From Stegostoma tigrinum (lineage: Eukaryota), in NCBI RefSeq assembly GCF_030684315.1, contig NC_081375.1, positions 37,368,068 through 37,432,067 of the forward strand: 64,000 nt of DNA. The letters are read 5' to 3'. Positions 39,166-52,149 of the stretch are shown piece after piece. The stretch's first letter is position 1, and every line of letters begins with the position of its first letter. The translations under genes and the position numbers were made by a program. The notes below the pieces were generated by a model, which was given only the letters and a program-made list of their open reading frames with translations, was not told where the DNA came from and did not search any database.

Positions 39166-40950
39166 TGAGTCCTCGACATTGACTCCAGACTCCATCCAGA
39201 TCAGTATCGGATCATATATGGTCAAGGAACCTTTTAACTGATAATCAGTTACCATCCTTTCTCAGCTGATGGATCAGTATTCCTCCATTTTCAACAAAAC
39301 TTGGAAGAAGCAGTAGTTGTGGCAAGAGAACATAATTCAATCTGGATATGGAACTTAAATATCCATCACTAAAAGTGGCTCAATAGCACATACCACTTCA
39401 GGCAAATCTTGAAGGATATACCTGTTACACAGGGCTTATTGCAGGATTTGAGAGATCCAGTAAGAGAGAAGAACCTACTTTGTCCTTTTCAATCTACCAG
39501 TCGCATGCATCTATCCATGACAGCATTGGTTTAAGTGATCATCACAGTTGTTGTGAAGTCTAATTTCTTCACAGGAATACATTCCATTATGTTGTGTGTA
39601 CTACCACTGTGCTCAATGATTCCGAAGCTTCAGAAAAGATCTAACAACTGAAAACTGTAAACCTATGAGTTTCTGCGGGCCATCAGCAACATAATTGCAT
39701 TTAACTATAATCTTTAACCAGTTGTGCCAGTCTTCAACAATTCAATTCAGTGTGCACAGTATTAGGAAACGGCTGAAGATGCAGGATATAACCAATGAAG
39801 TGAGTACACTGTTAATTCATGATTATTACACAGCTTTTCCCCGACTGGTTAATGATCTGAAATAAAAGCTGAAATTTTAAAAAATGATCTTTTAATTAAG
39901 GATTAATGTCTCACTGAAGACCCTCAGAGCAACAACTCTGAAAGCTCTGCTCACATCTTGATAGCTGAGACATTCCACTACAGCAGCTAAGACAAATGAC
40001 AACATTCTAAATCAAGTAACATTGAAATTTTTTTGTAAACAAATAAAATCCATGTGCACTACCTCCTAATGATTATGGATACTTCCTTTAAAAACAAATC
40101 TAGAATGAAGACTTGCATTGTCCCCGGGAACTAATCAATTATTTTAATTCTTTGGTAGTATAGAAGTTGAGTATTACTGAAAGAAAGGAAGCAAGAAACA
40201 AAAAAAAATTGAAGCTTTCCATCTTGCACTCATCTGGACAATTCACAAGAATACCAATATAAGGGGAAAACCAATATGTATGCAGTACGAGGTGAGTTCT
40301 GTTTTATTAGCTAATTGGACTCTGGTAGAATGTAGCAGTTTATGTTATTGACAGTTGACTGTTGAGCTTGGTTTAAATTTTAAGCCGGGGGGTTGACTTA
40401 ATGATTACACCGTAAAGTTAGGAAATGGATGGGTGTGTGCATGAAATTCTGGAGTATCACAAGACTGGCTTACCTGAATCTTCACTTTATACAGTATTAT
40501 TGATCAATAAAATACCGAGGGAACAAAACTTAAGTTCTATTAATTCCATGTTCTTGTCATCTGTGATTAGTAAAAGGATTTAAATTGGTTTTCACTTGCT
40601 TGTGAGACAGGCCATCTTGACAGTGGAGAGAGAAAAAAAAAACAAGTTTCAACGAGGAGGAATCGTGTTTCCATGTGTTTGAGTTGCATTACAAGTGTAT
40701 CTGCACGTGCAGATAGTACTCAGGCCGTTTTGGTAATGGTAATGGCCATTTGCCTTCGTAGGAAGACTTGGTTTTTCATATTAATTCTTTTCACGCATCT
40801 GAAATTTTGTAATGTAGAATATTTCGTCCTCTACCTTTTGAAGTAAAATCTATTTAACTAAATTTTAAGAGCATAGAGCTGTGAATAACATGGTTTTCAT
40901 TAGCAGCTTTAAAAAATAATGGAAGAGCAAGCTGCCGGTTCATTAACTCA

Positions 40951-43808
40951 AGCAAGCAAGAAGTTGGTTTGAAGTGTGTCTACTTCAATGCCAGGAGCGT
41001 CCGCAATATGGTGGGTGATCTTGCAGCATGGGTTAGTACCTGGGACATCGATGTTGTGGCCATTTCGGAGACATGGATAGAGCAGGGACAGGAATGGTGT
41101 TGCAGGTTCTGGGATTTAGATGTTTCAGTAAGAACAGAGAAGATGGTAAAAAGTTGGGTGGGGGGGGTGGGTGTGTGGCATTGTTGGTCAAGGACAATAT
41201 TACAGTTGCAGAAAGGATGTTTGGGGACTCGTCAACTGAGGTATTTTGGGCTGAGGTTAGAAACAGGAAAGGTGAGGTCATCCTTTTGGAAGTTTTCTAT
41301 AAGCCTCCGAATAGTTCCAGAGATGTAGAGGAAAGGATAGCTAAGATGATTCTCAATAGGAGTGAGAGAGACAGGGTAGTTGTCATGGGGGACTTCAACT
41401 TTCCAAATACTGACTGGGAACACTATTCGAGTACTATGGATGGGTCAGTTTTTGTCCAGTGTGTGCAGGAGGGCTTCCTGACACAGTATGTAGATAGGCC
41501 AACAAGGGGCAAAGCCACATTAGATTTGGTACTGGGTAATGAGCCCAGCCAGGTGTTAGATTTGGAAGTAGGTGAGCACTTTGGTGATAGAGATCACAGT
41601 TCTGTTATGTTTACTTTAGTGATAGAAAGGGATAGGTGTATACCACTGGGCAAGAGTTATAGCTGGGGAAAGACAATTACGATGAGATTAGGCAAGATTT
41701 AGGGAGCATAGGATGGGGAAGGAAACTGCAGGGGATGGGCACATTAGAAATGTGGAGCTTATTCAAAGAAAAGCTCCTGTGTGTCCTAGATAAGTATGTA
41801 CCTGTCAGGCAGGGAGGAAGCTGTAGAGCGCGGGAGCCGTGGTTTACGAAGGAGGTAGAATCTCTGGCCAAGAGGAAGAAGAAGGCTTATGTTAGGATGA
41901 GATGTGAAGGCTCAGTTAGGGCGCTTGAGGGCTACGAGGTAGCCAGGAAAGACCTAAAGAGAGAGCTCAGAAGAGCCAGGAGGAGACATGAGAAGTTGGC
42001 GGATAGGATCAGGGTAAACCCTAAGGCTTTCTATAGGTATTTAAGGAATAAAAGAATGACGAAAGTAAGATTAGGGCCAATCAAGGATAGTAGTGGTAAG
42101 TTGTGTGTGGAGACAGAGGAGAGAGGGGAAGCACTAAATGAATATTTTTCAACAGTATTCACTCTAGAAAACGGCAATGTTGTAGAGGAGAATACAGAGA
42201 TACAGGCTACTAGACTAGGTGGGATTGAGGTTCACAAAGAAGAGGTATTAGAAATCCTACAGAGGGTGAAGATAGATAAGTCCCCTGGGCTGGATGGATT
42301 TATCCTAGGATCCTCTGGGAAGCCAGGGAGGAGATTGCTGAGCCTTTGGCATTGATCTTTAACTCGTCATTATCTACAGGAATAGTGCCAGATGACTGGA
42401 GGATAGCAAATGTGGTTCCCCCGTTCAAGAAGGGGAGTAGAGACAATCCTGGTAATTATAGACCAGTGAGCCTTACCTCAGTTGTTGGTAAAGTGTTGGA
42501 AAAGGTTATAAGGGATAGGATTTATAATCATCTAGAAAAGAATAAATTGATTAGGGATAGTCAGCACGGTTTTGTGAAGGGAAGGTCGTGCCTCAAACCT
42601 TATTGAGTTCTTTGAGAAGGTGACCAAACAGGTAGATGAGAGTAAACCGGTTGATGTGGTGTATATGGATTTCAGCAAGGCATTCAATAAGGTTCCCCAC
42701 AGTAGGCTATTGTACAAAATGCAGAGGAATGGGATTGTGGGAGATATAGCAGTTTGGATCGGAAATTGGCTTGCTGAAAGAAGACAGAGGGTGGTAGTTG
42801 ATGGGAAATGTTCATCCTGGAGACCAGTTACTAGTGGTGTACCGCAAGGGTCGGTGTTGGGTCCACTGCTGTTTGTCATTTTCGTAAATGACGTGGACGA
42901 GGGCGTAGAAGGATAGGTTAGTAAATTGGCAGATGACACTAAGGTCGGTGGAGTTGTGGATAGTGATGAAGGATGCTGTAGGTTGCAGAGAGACATAGAT
43001 AAGCTGCAGAGCTGGGCTGAGAGGTGGCAAATGGAGTTTAATGCAGACAAGTGTGAGGTGATACACTTTTTGGTAGGAGTAACCGGAAAGCAAAGTACTG
43101 GGCTAATGGTAAGATTCTTAGTAGTGTATGAGCAGAGAGATCTCGGTGTCCATGTACATAGATCCTTGAAAGTTGTCACCCAGGTTGACAGGGCTGTTAA
43201 GAAGGCATACAGTGTTTTAGCTTTTGTTAATAGAGGGATCGAGTTCTGGAACCAAGAGGTTATGTTGAAGCTGTACAAAACTCTGGTGCACTTGGAGTAT
43301 TGTGTACAGTTCTGGTCACTGCATTATAAGAAGGATGTGGAAGCTCTGGAAAGGGTGCAGAGGAGATTTACTGGGATGTTGCCTGGTATGGAGGGAAGGT
43401 CTTACGAGGAAAGGCTGAGGGACTTGAGGCTGTTTTCATTAGAGAGAAGGTGGTTGAGAGGTGACTTAATTGAGACATATAAAATAATCAGAGGGTTAGA
43501 TAGGGTGGATAGGAAGAGCCTTTTTCCTGGGATGGTGACGGCGAGCACGAGGGGGCATAGCTTTAAATTGAGGGGTGAAAGATATAGGACAGATGTCAGA
43601 GGTGGTTTCTTTACTCGGAGAGTCGTAAGGGAATGGAATGCTTTGCCTGCAACGGTAGTAGATTCACCAACTTTAGGTACATTTAAGTCATCATTGGATA
43701 AGCATATGGACGTACATGGAATAGTGTAGGTTAGATGGGCTTCAGATTGATATGACAGGTCGGCACAACATCGAGGGCCGAAGGGCCTGTAATGTTCTCT
43801 GTTCTACG
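40951..43808 (+). mobile_element. Young 5'-truncated CR1 LINE with near-complete ORF2
   Basis: CVYFNARSV start, [34 protein letters not shown] and WNALP motifs with few frameshifts; (TTCTATG)-like tail; TAACTCA direct repeat at 40944-40950 and 43809-43815. Confidence 0.95.
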
Positions 43809-44094
43809 TAACTCAGTCCAACGTTATAGAATATTGTGTAAGACAAGGAGATTACAGTAACATACCAGTTTCTATCAGCGTGTTCTGTAAGATTAATTAC
43901 TACCTGATAGAATTATTTTCACTTAATACCCAAAGTTAAGCAATGTTTGCTTTCTGTAAACATGCTTTTTTATTGTATATTTTGTCTGCCAATAATGCAG
44001 CCTTTCATTTTCCTGGCATCAATAACTTCCAAAGCAGTCCACAACTTGGATCAGTGATTGAATCTTTTAAAGCCACCATGGCACTGCATGCGAC

Positions 44095-45155
44095 CCGCAG
44101 GGCTCAGTGATGGGGCTCTTGCTGTGTGTTATTTACATCAATGATTTAGGCTTGAATGTAGGAGGGATGATTATTAAGTTTGCAGAGGAAACAAAATTAA
44201 TGGGATGGTAAATAGTGATGGTGATTGCCTTAGATTACAGGAGGATATGGATGGGCTGGTCAAGTGGGCTGAGTGGTGGCAAATGGAATTCAATCTGGAT
44301 AAATGTGTGGTTATGTACTTGGGCAGGACAAACAAGGTAAGGGAATAAATGATGAACAGTAGAACCTTAGGAAGCTCCAAAGATCTGAAGGACATTGGTA
44401 TGCATATACACTGGTCACTTAAGTTATCAGAACAGGTGGCTAAAGTGGTTAAGAAGGCATATGGTAGACTTGGATGCTCTTGGCCTGCTGTGTTCATTCA
44501 GCTCCACACTTTGTTATCTTGGATTCTCCAGCATCTGCAGTTCCCATTATCACTCATATGGTAGACTTGACTTTATTAGTCAGGACAGAGCATTTAGTAG
44601 CAGGGGAACTCTAGCTACTGCCTAAATAACCTGCTATAGAGTATTGTGCGCAGTTCTGGAGTCCACATTCTAGAATGGATGTGACAGTGTTAGAGACAGT
44701 GCGGAGGAGATTTATGAGGATGTTACCGGGGCTGGAGACTTACCGTTATGACGAGAGATTAGACAGACTGGGTTACTGGAATAGAAGAGATTGAGAGAGG
44801 GCTTGACTGGGATGTATAAAATTATGAGAGGGATAGATAGGGTAGACAGGTAGAGACTTTTTCCCCTTGATGGAGGGATCAAACGACTGGGGACACATTT
44901 AAGGAGACATGAGGGAAAGTTTTTATACCCAGAGGGTGGTAGGAATCTAGAAGTCTGCTGTAGGGGTGGTAGAAGCAAAAATCCTCATCACATTTAAGTG
45001 GTATTTAGATGTGAATTTGCGATGCAAAGGCATACAAAGCTATGGGTTAAATTGTGAAAAATGGGGTGAGAGTCGGTGGGTGGTTGTTTTTGAATGGCAT
45101 GGATGCACTCGGCAAAGGGCCTTTGTCTGTGTGTAGATCTTTCTGACTCTATGAC
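44095..45155 (+). mobile_element. Decayed CR1 RT 3' fragment
   Basis: Decayed DNA equivalent of the WQMEFN.DKC and YCAQFWSPH motifs, followed by a CR1-type 3' UTR. Confidence 0.75.
44473..44554 (+). mobile_element. Single-arm Penelope-terminus insertion (same family as hairpins A-D) nested in CR1
   Basis: TTGGCCTGCTGTGTTCAT...TCTCCAGCATCTGCAGTTCCCATTATC; 15-bp TSD CATATGGTAGACTTG at 44458-44472 and 44555-44569. Confidence 0.85.
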
Positions 45156-45864
45156 AGCTATTAAAGAACATTATTGTCTTCATCTGTGTAAAGTTTAGGA
45201 GTAAAGCAGAAACGAGGGAACTGAAGATAAACTCTGAAAATATACAAATTGTGTATACAAATTAAAGTTGTGATGAATTTCTTTATACAAAAGTATTCCC
45301 TTCGTATATTTAACATAGTCACAAGACACAATCTCAAAATAATCACAAATGAAGGAATCTAGTGAGTCTTTGTTAACTAATCTAGCAACGTCATACAACT
45401 GTTGCCAGTACTTCTCGGTTGGATGCTACAGTTTGAGTATCTCCAATAATTCTAGGGCTTTTGCCACCTTTGTTCTTAAGTAGTCTATTCCCTTAAACTT
45501 TGTTTGAAAAATAGATAATTTTATCAATCCTATATTGCCTTTCACGAGTCTGAAACTCTCCTCATCTGCAAATAAATTTAATGCTGTGAATTTATCTTTC
45601 AATTATTGCATACATCTCCATAAGATCACATCTCAGTTTCTTGTAGATTGACAAACTCAGTTTTTCCAGTTTCTGTTTCTAGCTGTAACCTTCGAGTCTG
45701 AGATTAATATTATGGTTAACCTGAAGGTTTCTCTCATTTCTTAGGCAATGGGAGTTGAATATATTACTTGAGGTGCACTCTAACCAGAACACTCAAGCCT
45801 CAAATAATGTCAATCTTGCTAACAGTGGGCGTGCACTAGGCAAAAATCAATGTAATGTAACCTG

Positions 45865-45980
45865 AATGCATCGGTCTATATCTTTTTGATCTGTACATCC
45901 TTGCTTATTATGATCTTCTTGTAAACAAAGCTGTACTTTGGTACACACGACAATAAATCAATCAATCAATCAATCAATCA
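45865..45980 (+). mobile_element. LINE 3' tail ending in an (AATC)n microsatellite
   Basis: GACAATAAATCAATCAATCAATCAATCAATC tail, typical of non-LTR element 3' ends. Confidence 0.55.
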
Positions 45981-46046
45981 CAGTGATTTGATCAGAACAT
46001 TCTTTGACTTGTATTCAACTGTCAAAGATTTGGCTAGCTGATTGAA

Positions 46047-46485
46047 AGTGAAGATTGCTGGTGAAATCCTTGATTTTGCCAATCATTTTTGTCTGCACAA
46101 CGTATCCTATTATTTTCCTATTCAATCAAACTAATGCTTGAAGTTAAATTTAACATTTTTAAAATTTTACCTTACATAAACTGAGCAAATTGGCAAGATG
46201 AGCTTTCAAATTGTTATGGTACTTGATTGAAAGGGCTATCAGGTACTTCAGGTACTTCACACAATTCTAACTATTTAGGTACTTCAGGTTATATAGCCCT
46301 TTCAATCAAGTACCATAACAATTTGAAAGCTCATCTTGCCAATTTGCTCAGTTTATGTAAGGTAAAATTTTAAAAATGTTAAATTTAACTTCAAGCATTA
46401 GTTTGATTGAATAGGAAAATAATAGGATACGTTGTGCAGACAAAAATGATTGGCAAAATCAAGGATTTCACCAGCAATCTTCACT
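46047..46485. repeat. 193-bp inverted repeat with 53-bp spacer
   Basis: 46047-46239 is the reverse complement of 46293-46485, with no mismatch found by eye. Confidence 0.95.
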
Positions 46486-46737
46486 AGAATAGAATAGCAC
46501 TATCCTGGATTCTCAATTTTTTTTTTAAGAAGGATGGGGAGAACTTATGTTGGGAACATAGAAGGTTGAAGTAGCACAGAACTGCTTGAAAAGTTGTCAT
46601 CTTGTAGATCTGAAGATTAATTTTCCACAATTCCTGTGTACTACGTTTATTGAACTCAAATGACAGCAGTCATGCCTTGAATTCATCGTTTGGAATGCAA
46701 GCCCTCCCAAAAACAGAGCAATTTAGGAGTAGGAGCA

Positions 46738-46929
46738 GAGATAATGGGAACTGCAGATGCTGGAGAATTCCAAGATAATAAAATGTGAGGCTGGATGAAC
46801 ACAGCAGGCCAAGCAGCATCTCAGGAGCACAAAAGCTGACGTTTCGGGTCTAGGCCCGAAACGTCAGCTTTTGTGCTCCTGAGATGCTGCTTGGCCTGCT
46901 GTGTTCATCCAGCCTCACATTTTATTATC
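46738..46929. mobile_element. Fold-back Penelope-terminus insertion, copy C
   Basis: Tail plus arms folding at the CT|AG of GGGTCTAGGCCC (46851/46852); 14-bp TSD TAGGAGTAGGAGCA at 46724-46737 and 46930-46943. Confidence 0.92.
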
Positions 46930-48950
46930 TAGGAGTAGGAGCAACCTGTTTAGCCTCTTGAACCAATTCTCCAATTTAAGTTTAGATCATGATTGATCTG
47001 CTTCTTAACTTCATTAACCTGCCTTGGTTTTATATCACTTAATCGACTTGACTAGCAATGAAATTTGAAATTTAAAACGTCTTTGCCTCAATTGGTTTTG
47101 AGGGAGTATTTCAGTTTCCACTAATGTTGCATGATGAAGACTTCCTGATATCACTTCTCGGTGACTTGCTCTTATTTTAAGATTGATCCATTTTTCTGGA
47201 ATTCTCCCGTCATGGGAAAAAAATGGTCCTCTGTTCTGTCAAATCCTTTACTCATCTTAAATATTTAAATTATATCATCACTTAATCTTCTTGAGTGAAC
47301 ACAAGCCCAATCTGTAATCTTCCTCAATTTGAGTCTTTTAGCTCCAAGTCATTCTAATCAAAATGCAGTGTAAGGTCAAAAGGCGAATATATCGTTTCTG
47401 AAGTGTAGACTATCTCTTGAACAAAAACAAATGAATAAAACAGACTATCTCTGCCAGTAGATGGATAGTAAAATTCCAATATAGTATTTGAATTGGAAAC
47501 AGCTGTCACTTTTGGCTGAAACAACAATCAAACATAATTAAATAGAATCAATGATTGAGGAACATGTTTCCTACACAATGGGAATACACCTCCTTTTGAG
47601 ACAGATTGCATCATTTGAACTGTAAGCAGATCCATCTAAATAATTTGCGTTATGAAGCTACTGATCAGTTGAAGATAATTATTAAATGTCACATCTAGTT
47701 GGCCCCAAACTAATGTTCTAAGCCCCAATTTATAAATGTTTAGAAATTCTGCAAAATATATTTGCAATTTTTTAGAATTAAATTCTGTGTTGTCACAGGA
47801 TTGCAAGATGTATGTAATTTTCTTATTTCATGAATAGTCAGTGTTCTCTGCATACAGACTGCTGTTGTCATGGTAGCACAGATAAAATGCTTTTATAATG
47901 AACTGAATTAAAATGATTTGGATATGTTTGACAATCTGGTCATCTAAATTCCACAGTTGCACAACCATATGTTAAATTAACATGTAAAAAGAGTGAATAG
48001 GGAATTAAATAATGTTACATATAATTACATCACAATTGTCTACTTTTCGCTATTTATTTCAAGTCCAAATGTATTGCCTTTTACAAAAGGCACCTGTTAA
48101 TATAAGTGCAGTTACTAAGACAGTTTTATTTTCTCTAATGGTTTACAATTTCCGTTCTGACCATTGCACATATTAACAGATCATAATTGAAACGGGACAT
48201 TTGATTTGCCTGAAATATTAATGTAAATGGTGAATAGTCCAGATCAAATGTTTGGTGCAAACATATACTTTCTAAAGTGATACTATGACCTTTTAGTAAT
48301 TTGGGGGCATGTGTACAAATGAAGGTGGCTGTATTGAAATAACCTGTAATCAACTTGTGTCACCTTTCTCCTACGTACAGTATTCCATGTTTCATTTACT
48401 TTGCATGTGAAATGGCTTTGAAATTTCCTTATTTCATTTCTCCTAAAAATTGTTAGTCCCGCATGGGACCTATATTTGAAAAATGCCCAAATGCACAATA
48501 TGCACGTTTTTGAATATATATGTATTCAATGCATAAGACTTCCAATGTTTGACAGATTCACAGATATGGTTCCTGCTGCCAATGTTACTTGCCCCATTTG
48601 ACACTTGGCTGAGTCAGATTTGTGTCAGTGCCTCATAAATAGAAGCAGAATATTGGAAAATTTACATTTTGTAGAGTCTAGTGGGGCAGCGTACTGTAAA
48701 TAACCTCCAAGTAATACTTGACTATCCATTTTTCTTTACTTACAAATTCCCAACTCTACAGAAATTGTGAAGGATATGTGGGCAGAAGGCAATGTTAATT
48801 TATAGATTACACGGTTGTGAAGCTGGGTGAACACTAGCAGGCCATCAATTAATTTATAGATTGCTGCTTTTCTTGGCCACTAGATGTCAGTGCTGCCATT
48901 TACAAACACACTACTTTTAGAATTTATAAACAGCTTGTAATTCTACTTCT

Positions 48951-49129
48951 AAAATGTGAGGCTGGATGAACACAGCAGGCCAAGCAGCATCTCAGGAGCA
49001 CAAAAGCTGACGTTTCGGGCCTGAAACGTCAGCTTTTGTGCTCCTGAGATGCTGCTTGGCCTGCTGTGTTCATCCAGCCTCACATTTTATTATCTTGGAA
49101 TCTCCAGCATCTGCAGTTCCCATTATCTC
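48951..49129. mobile_element. Fold-back Penelope-terminus insertion, copy D (tail on the right)
   Basis: Arms fold at GG|CC (~49019/49020); 15-bp TSD TGTAATTCTACTTCT at 48936-48950 and 49130-49144. Confidence 0.92.
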
Positions 49130-49759
49130 TGTAATTCTACTTCTGACCAGTCAAGTGTTACAGTGCTTTTCAACAGCTGTATGGGCTGCAATGTAAAATC
49201 TAATGATTTGGTCACACCTCTGGTTTATAGTTACGACTTTGATAGTGGCAATAATTTGTATGAACACAAACATTAACTGAAAGTGATGTAATTTTAAGTG
49301 TCAAGTATACTTTTCAGATGCTTCATTTGCTGGTTTCCCCTCAAACTCACGTGAATCTAGAAATAAGTTCTGAAGAAAGTGAACTGGACCCTAAATGTTA
49401 ACTTTGCTTTCCCTCCACAGATGCTGCCAGACCTGCTGAGTTTTTCCTGCAACTTCTGTTTTTGTTTCTGATTTCCAGCATCCACAGTTCTTTTGGTTTT
49501 TGTATGTCTCAATTCATGGCCTGATTGCTGTCGCATTTCCATTACAGCAGCGATAGGCCCATCCACTTGACTTTGACTTTATTCTCAAATCTTTCCAGCT
49601 GCAGTGCCTGCCTCCCTCCAGTGCCTATCAAAGAAAGTGAATCATTCACAAGTCCAGACCCTGCTCTTTGGACTTCTTATTCAAGATTATATTGTCTTGT
49701 CACTTTCCTTTAAAACTTCTTACAGTATGTCCTTCTTTCACCATGCTTTAGCCTCTCAT

Positions 49760-50345
49760 AAAGTCATTGAGTCATACAGCAAGGAAACAGACACTTTGGT
49801 CCAACTAATTCATGCCAAAATAATCTCAAACTAAACTAGTTCTACCTGGCTGTGCTTGGCCCATATCCCTCCAAACCTTTCCTATTCACGTATTTATCTA
49901 AATGTCTTTTAAACTTTATAATTGTACCTGCATCCATCACTTCCTCTCGAAGTTCATTCTACACATGAACCACTCACTGTATTTTTTTAAAAAATGCCCC
50001 TTATGTGTTCTATAATTTTGTTTCCTCTCACATTAAAATTATGCCCCTGGTCTTGAAATCCCCATCTTAAGTAAAAGACCTGCCATTCACCCTAATTACA
50101 TCTCTCATGATTTTATAAACCTCTTAATCTTTTATGCTCCAGTGAAAAACCTTCCAGTCTATCCAGCCTTTCAAGCTTCTCCTTATAACTCAAACTCTGT
50201 ATTCCCAGCCACATCATGGTAAATCTCTTCTGTACCCTCTCCAGCTTAATAGTATCCTTCCTATAACAAGGAGACCACAACTGCATACAGTACTCCAGAA
50301 AAGGTCTCACCAAAATCTGTACAACCTCAACATCTCAGTTCCTGT
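49760..50345 (-). mobile_element. CR1 3' fragment
   Basis: LVRPFLEYCMQLWSPCYRKDTIKLERVQKRFT plus a CR1 3' UTR. Confidence 0.85.
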
Positions 50346-50599
50346 ACTCAAAGGCCTGAGCCGATTGCTGGTGTGCATTTTGCTTAGCATCCTCTCCTCT
50401 TCCATCCTAGTCTAAAGCATTATTGAGATGTTTCCCCACTGGGTAGGCACTAAATAAACACAAGCTGCTGGCGTAGCACACAGCTGTTATTTATTAAACA
50501 AATATTAGCAACCCATTGACTGTATGAGGTGGAAACTGTAAGTCAGAATTCTGTCATTGATGGAGAAAAGGAGACCCAAATGAGATCTGGAGTGAATGC

Positions 50600-51220
50600 A
50601 ATATGAGAATAAGCATTTGATCTTTATTGTGAGATCATGTTGTAGCTCTTCAGGGCATTGGTTAGGCCATTACTGGAGTACTGCCTGTGATTCTGGTCTC
50701 CCAGCTATGGGGAGGATGTTATGAAACTTGGAAGGGTTCAGAAAAGATTTACAAGGATGCTACTGGGGTTGGAGGGTTTGAGTTATAGGGAGAGGCTGAA
50801 TAGGGTGGGCCTATTTTCCCTGGAGTGTCAGAGTCTGAGGGGTGACCTTATACAGGTTTATAAAATGATAGAGTGTGGATAGGATAAATATACAAAATCT
50901 TTTCTCTGGGGTAATGGAGTTCAAAACTAGAGGGCATATGTTTGAGGTGACAGGGGAAAGATTTAAAAGGGACCTAAGGGGCAACTTTTTCCCAGAGAAG
51001 GTGGTGTGTGGGTGTATGGAATGAGCTACTTGAGGAAGTGGTGGAAGCTGGTACAATAACATTTAGAAGACATCTGAATGGGTATGTGAATAGGAAGGCT
51101 TTAGAGGGGTGTGGGCCAAATGCTGGCAAATGGGACTAAATTTATTTAGGATATGTGGTCAGCATGGACGAGTTGGATAGAAGGGTCTGTTTCCATGCTG
51201 TAGATCTCTATGACTCTGTG
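50600..51220 (+). mobile_element. CR1 3' fragment
   Basis: Decayed LVRPLLEYC...LGRVQKRFTRML...SYRERL; ends GGGTCTGTTTCCATGCTGTAGATCTCTATGACTCT. Confidence 0.8.
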
Positions 51221-52149
51221 TGACTACAAGCATGAAACGGTTTCAAAACGGGAACAAGTGACTGGGGACGCATTACAAAATTCACAAAACTGAACAATTC
51301 AACGTTAGCACAAAGTGGACCTGGGAACGGATTCCTTTCTAAAACAAAATCAGCCGACTCGGCGACAGTAGAAATCATTTTTTTAAAGGGAGTTTGATCG
51401 GTATCAGTTAAAGAGGTTACAGGTTTGTAGAGACTGAAATTACACCAGTGATGACATATTAATTGTCGATTGAAGGAACACAATGGGAGGAAAGACCTTT
51501 TGTCTCTGGATTTTCTCAGGATATTTGAGATTGCAACGTTGCCGATACCCGCGTACGGCATTATGAAAGCAGACTAATTCACCAGGCTAACCAAGGAAGG
51601 GTAAACGTTAACCTATTGTAGATAAACAGTGAGCTAAAGCATGAAATAGAAGCCAGAACTTTGTTTTTCCAATTGACAATTTAAAATAAAATTTAATGAT
51701 GTGAGAAAGGGCTGTTCCAGTTTTAGAAATTGATACATTGCGCGCATTTTCCACAATTTCCATATTCCAATCCAGTAAAGGTGTACTTAAGTTTGTTTTT
51801 AAAAGAGCAGATTTTTTACTCGATGGAACATTAAGATTTGCTGCAGTCCTTACTGTCTCCAAACAAAACAAGCTTCCCGACGGCACATCCAAAATTAGCC
51901 AGCAGGTGTCTCTGGAGAGCCCTGCGCCACTCGCATGCTCAACCTGAGCTCTGATTGAAAGGAGCAGAGCACACGAGAGCGCTCGCTAGCTGCTCTATAG
52001 CGCTCATTGCATTTCAATGTTGTACATCTTTCAATAATGGATATAAATCTATTCAGGTGTTGTCGGAATCTACTTCTGTAACATCACGGTTCAAAAGGCC
52101 TGAGGATTGAACAAAAAAAAGTACCTGTGTTTTATTATTGAATTTAGAA

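Noticed and set aside
40698-40715. 18-bp perfect palindrome TATCTGCACGTGCAGATA with an E-box centre
   Set aside because: A palindrome of this length is not unexpected by chance in 64 kb, and there is no other support.
42532-43278. 248-aa minus-strand ORF
   Set aside because: Antisense shadow of the CR1 reverse transcriptase.
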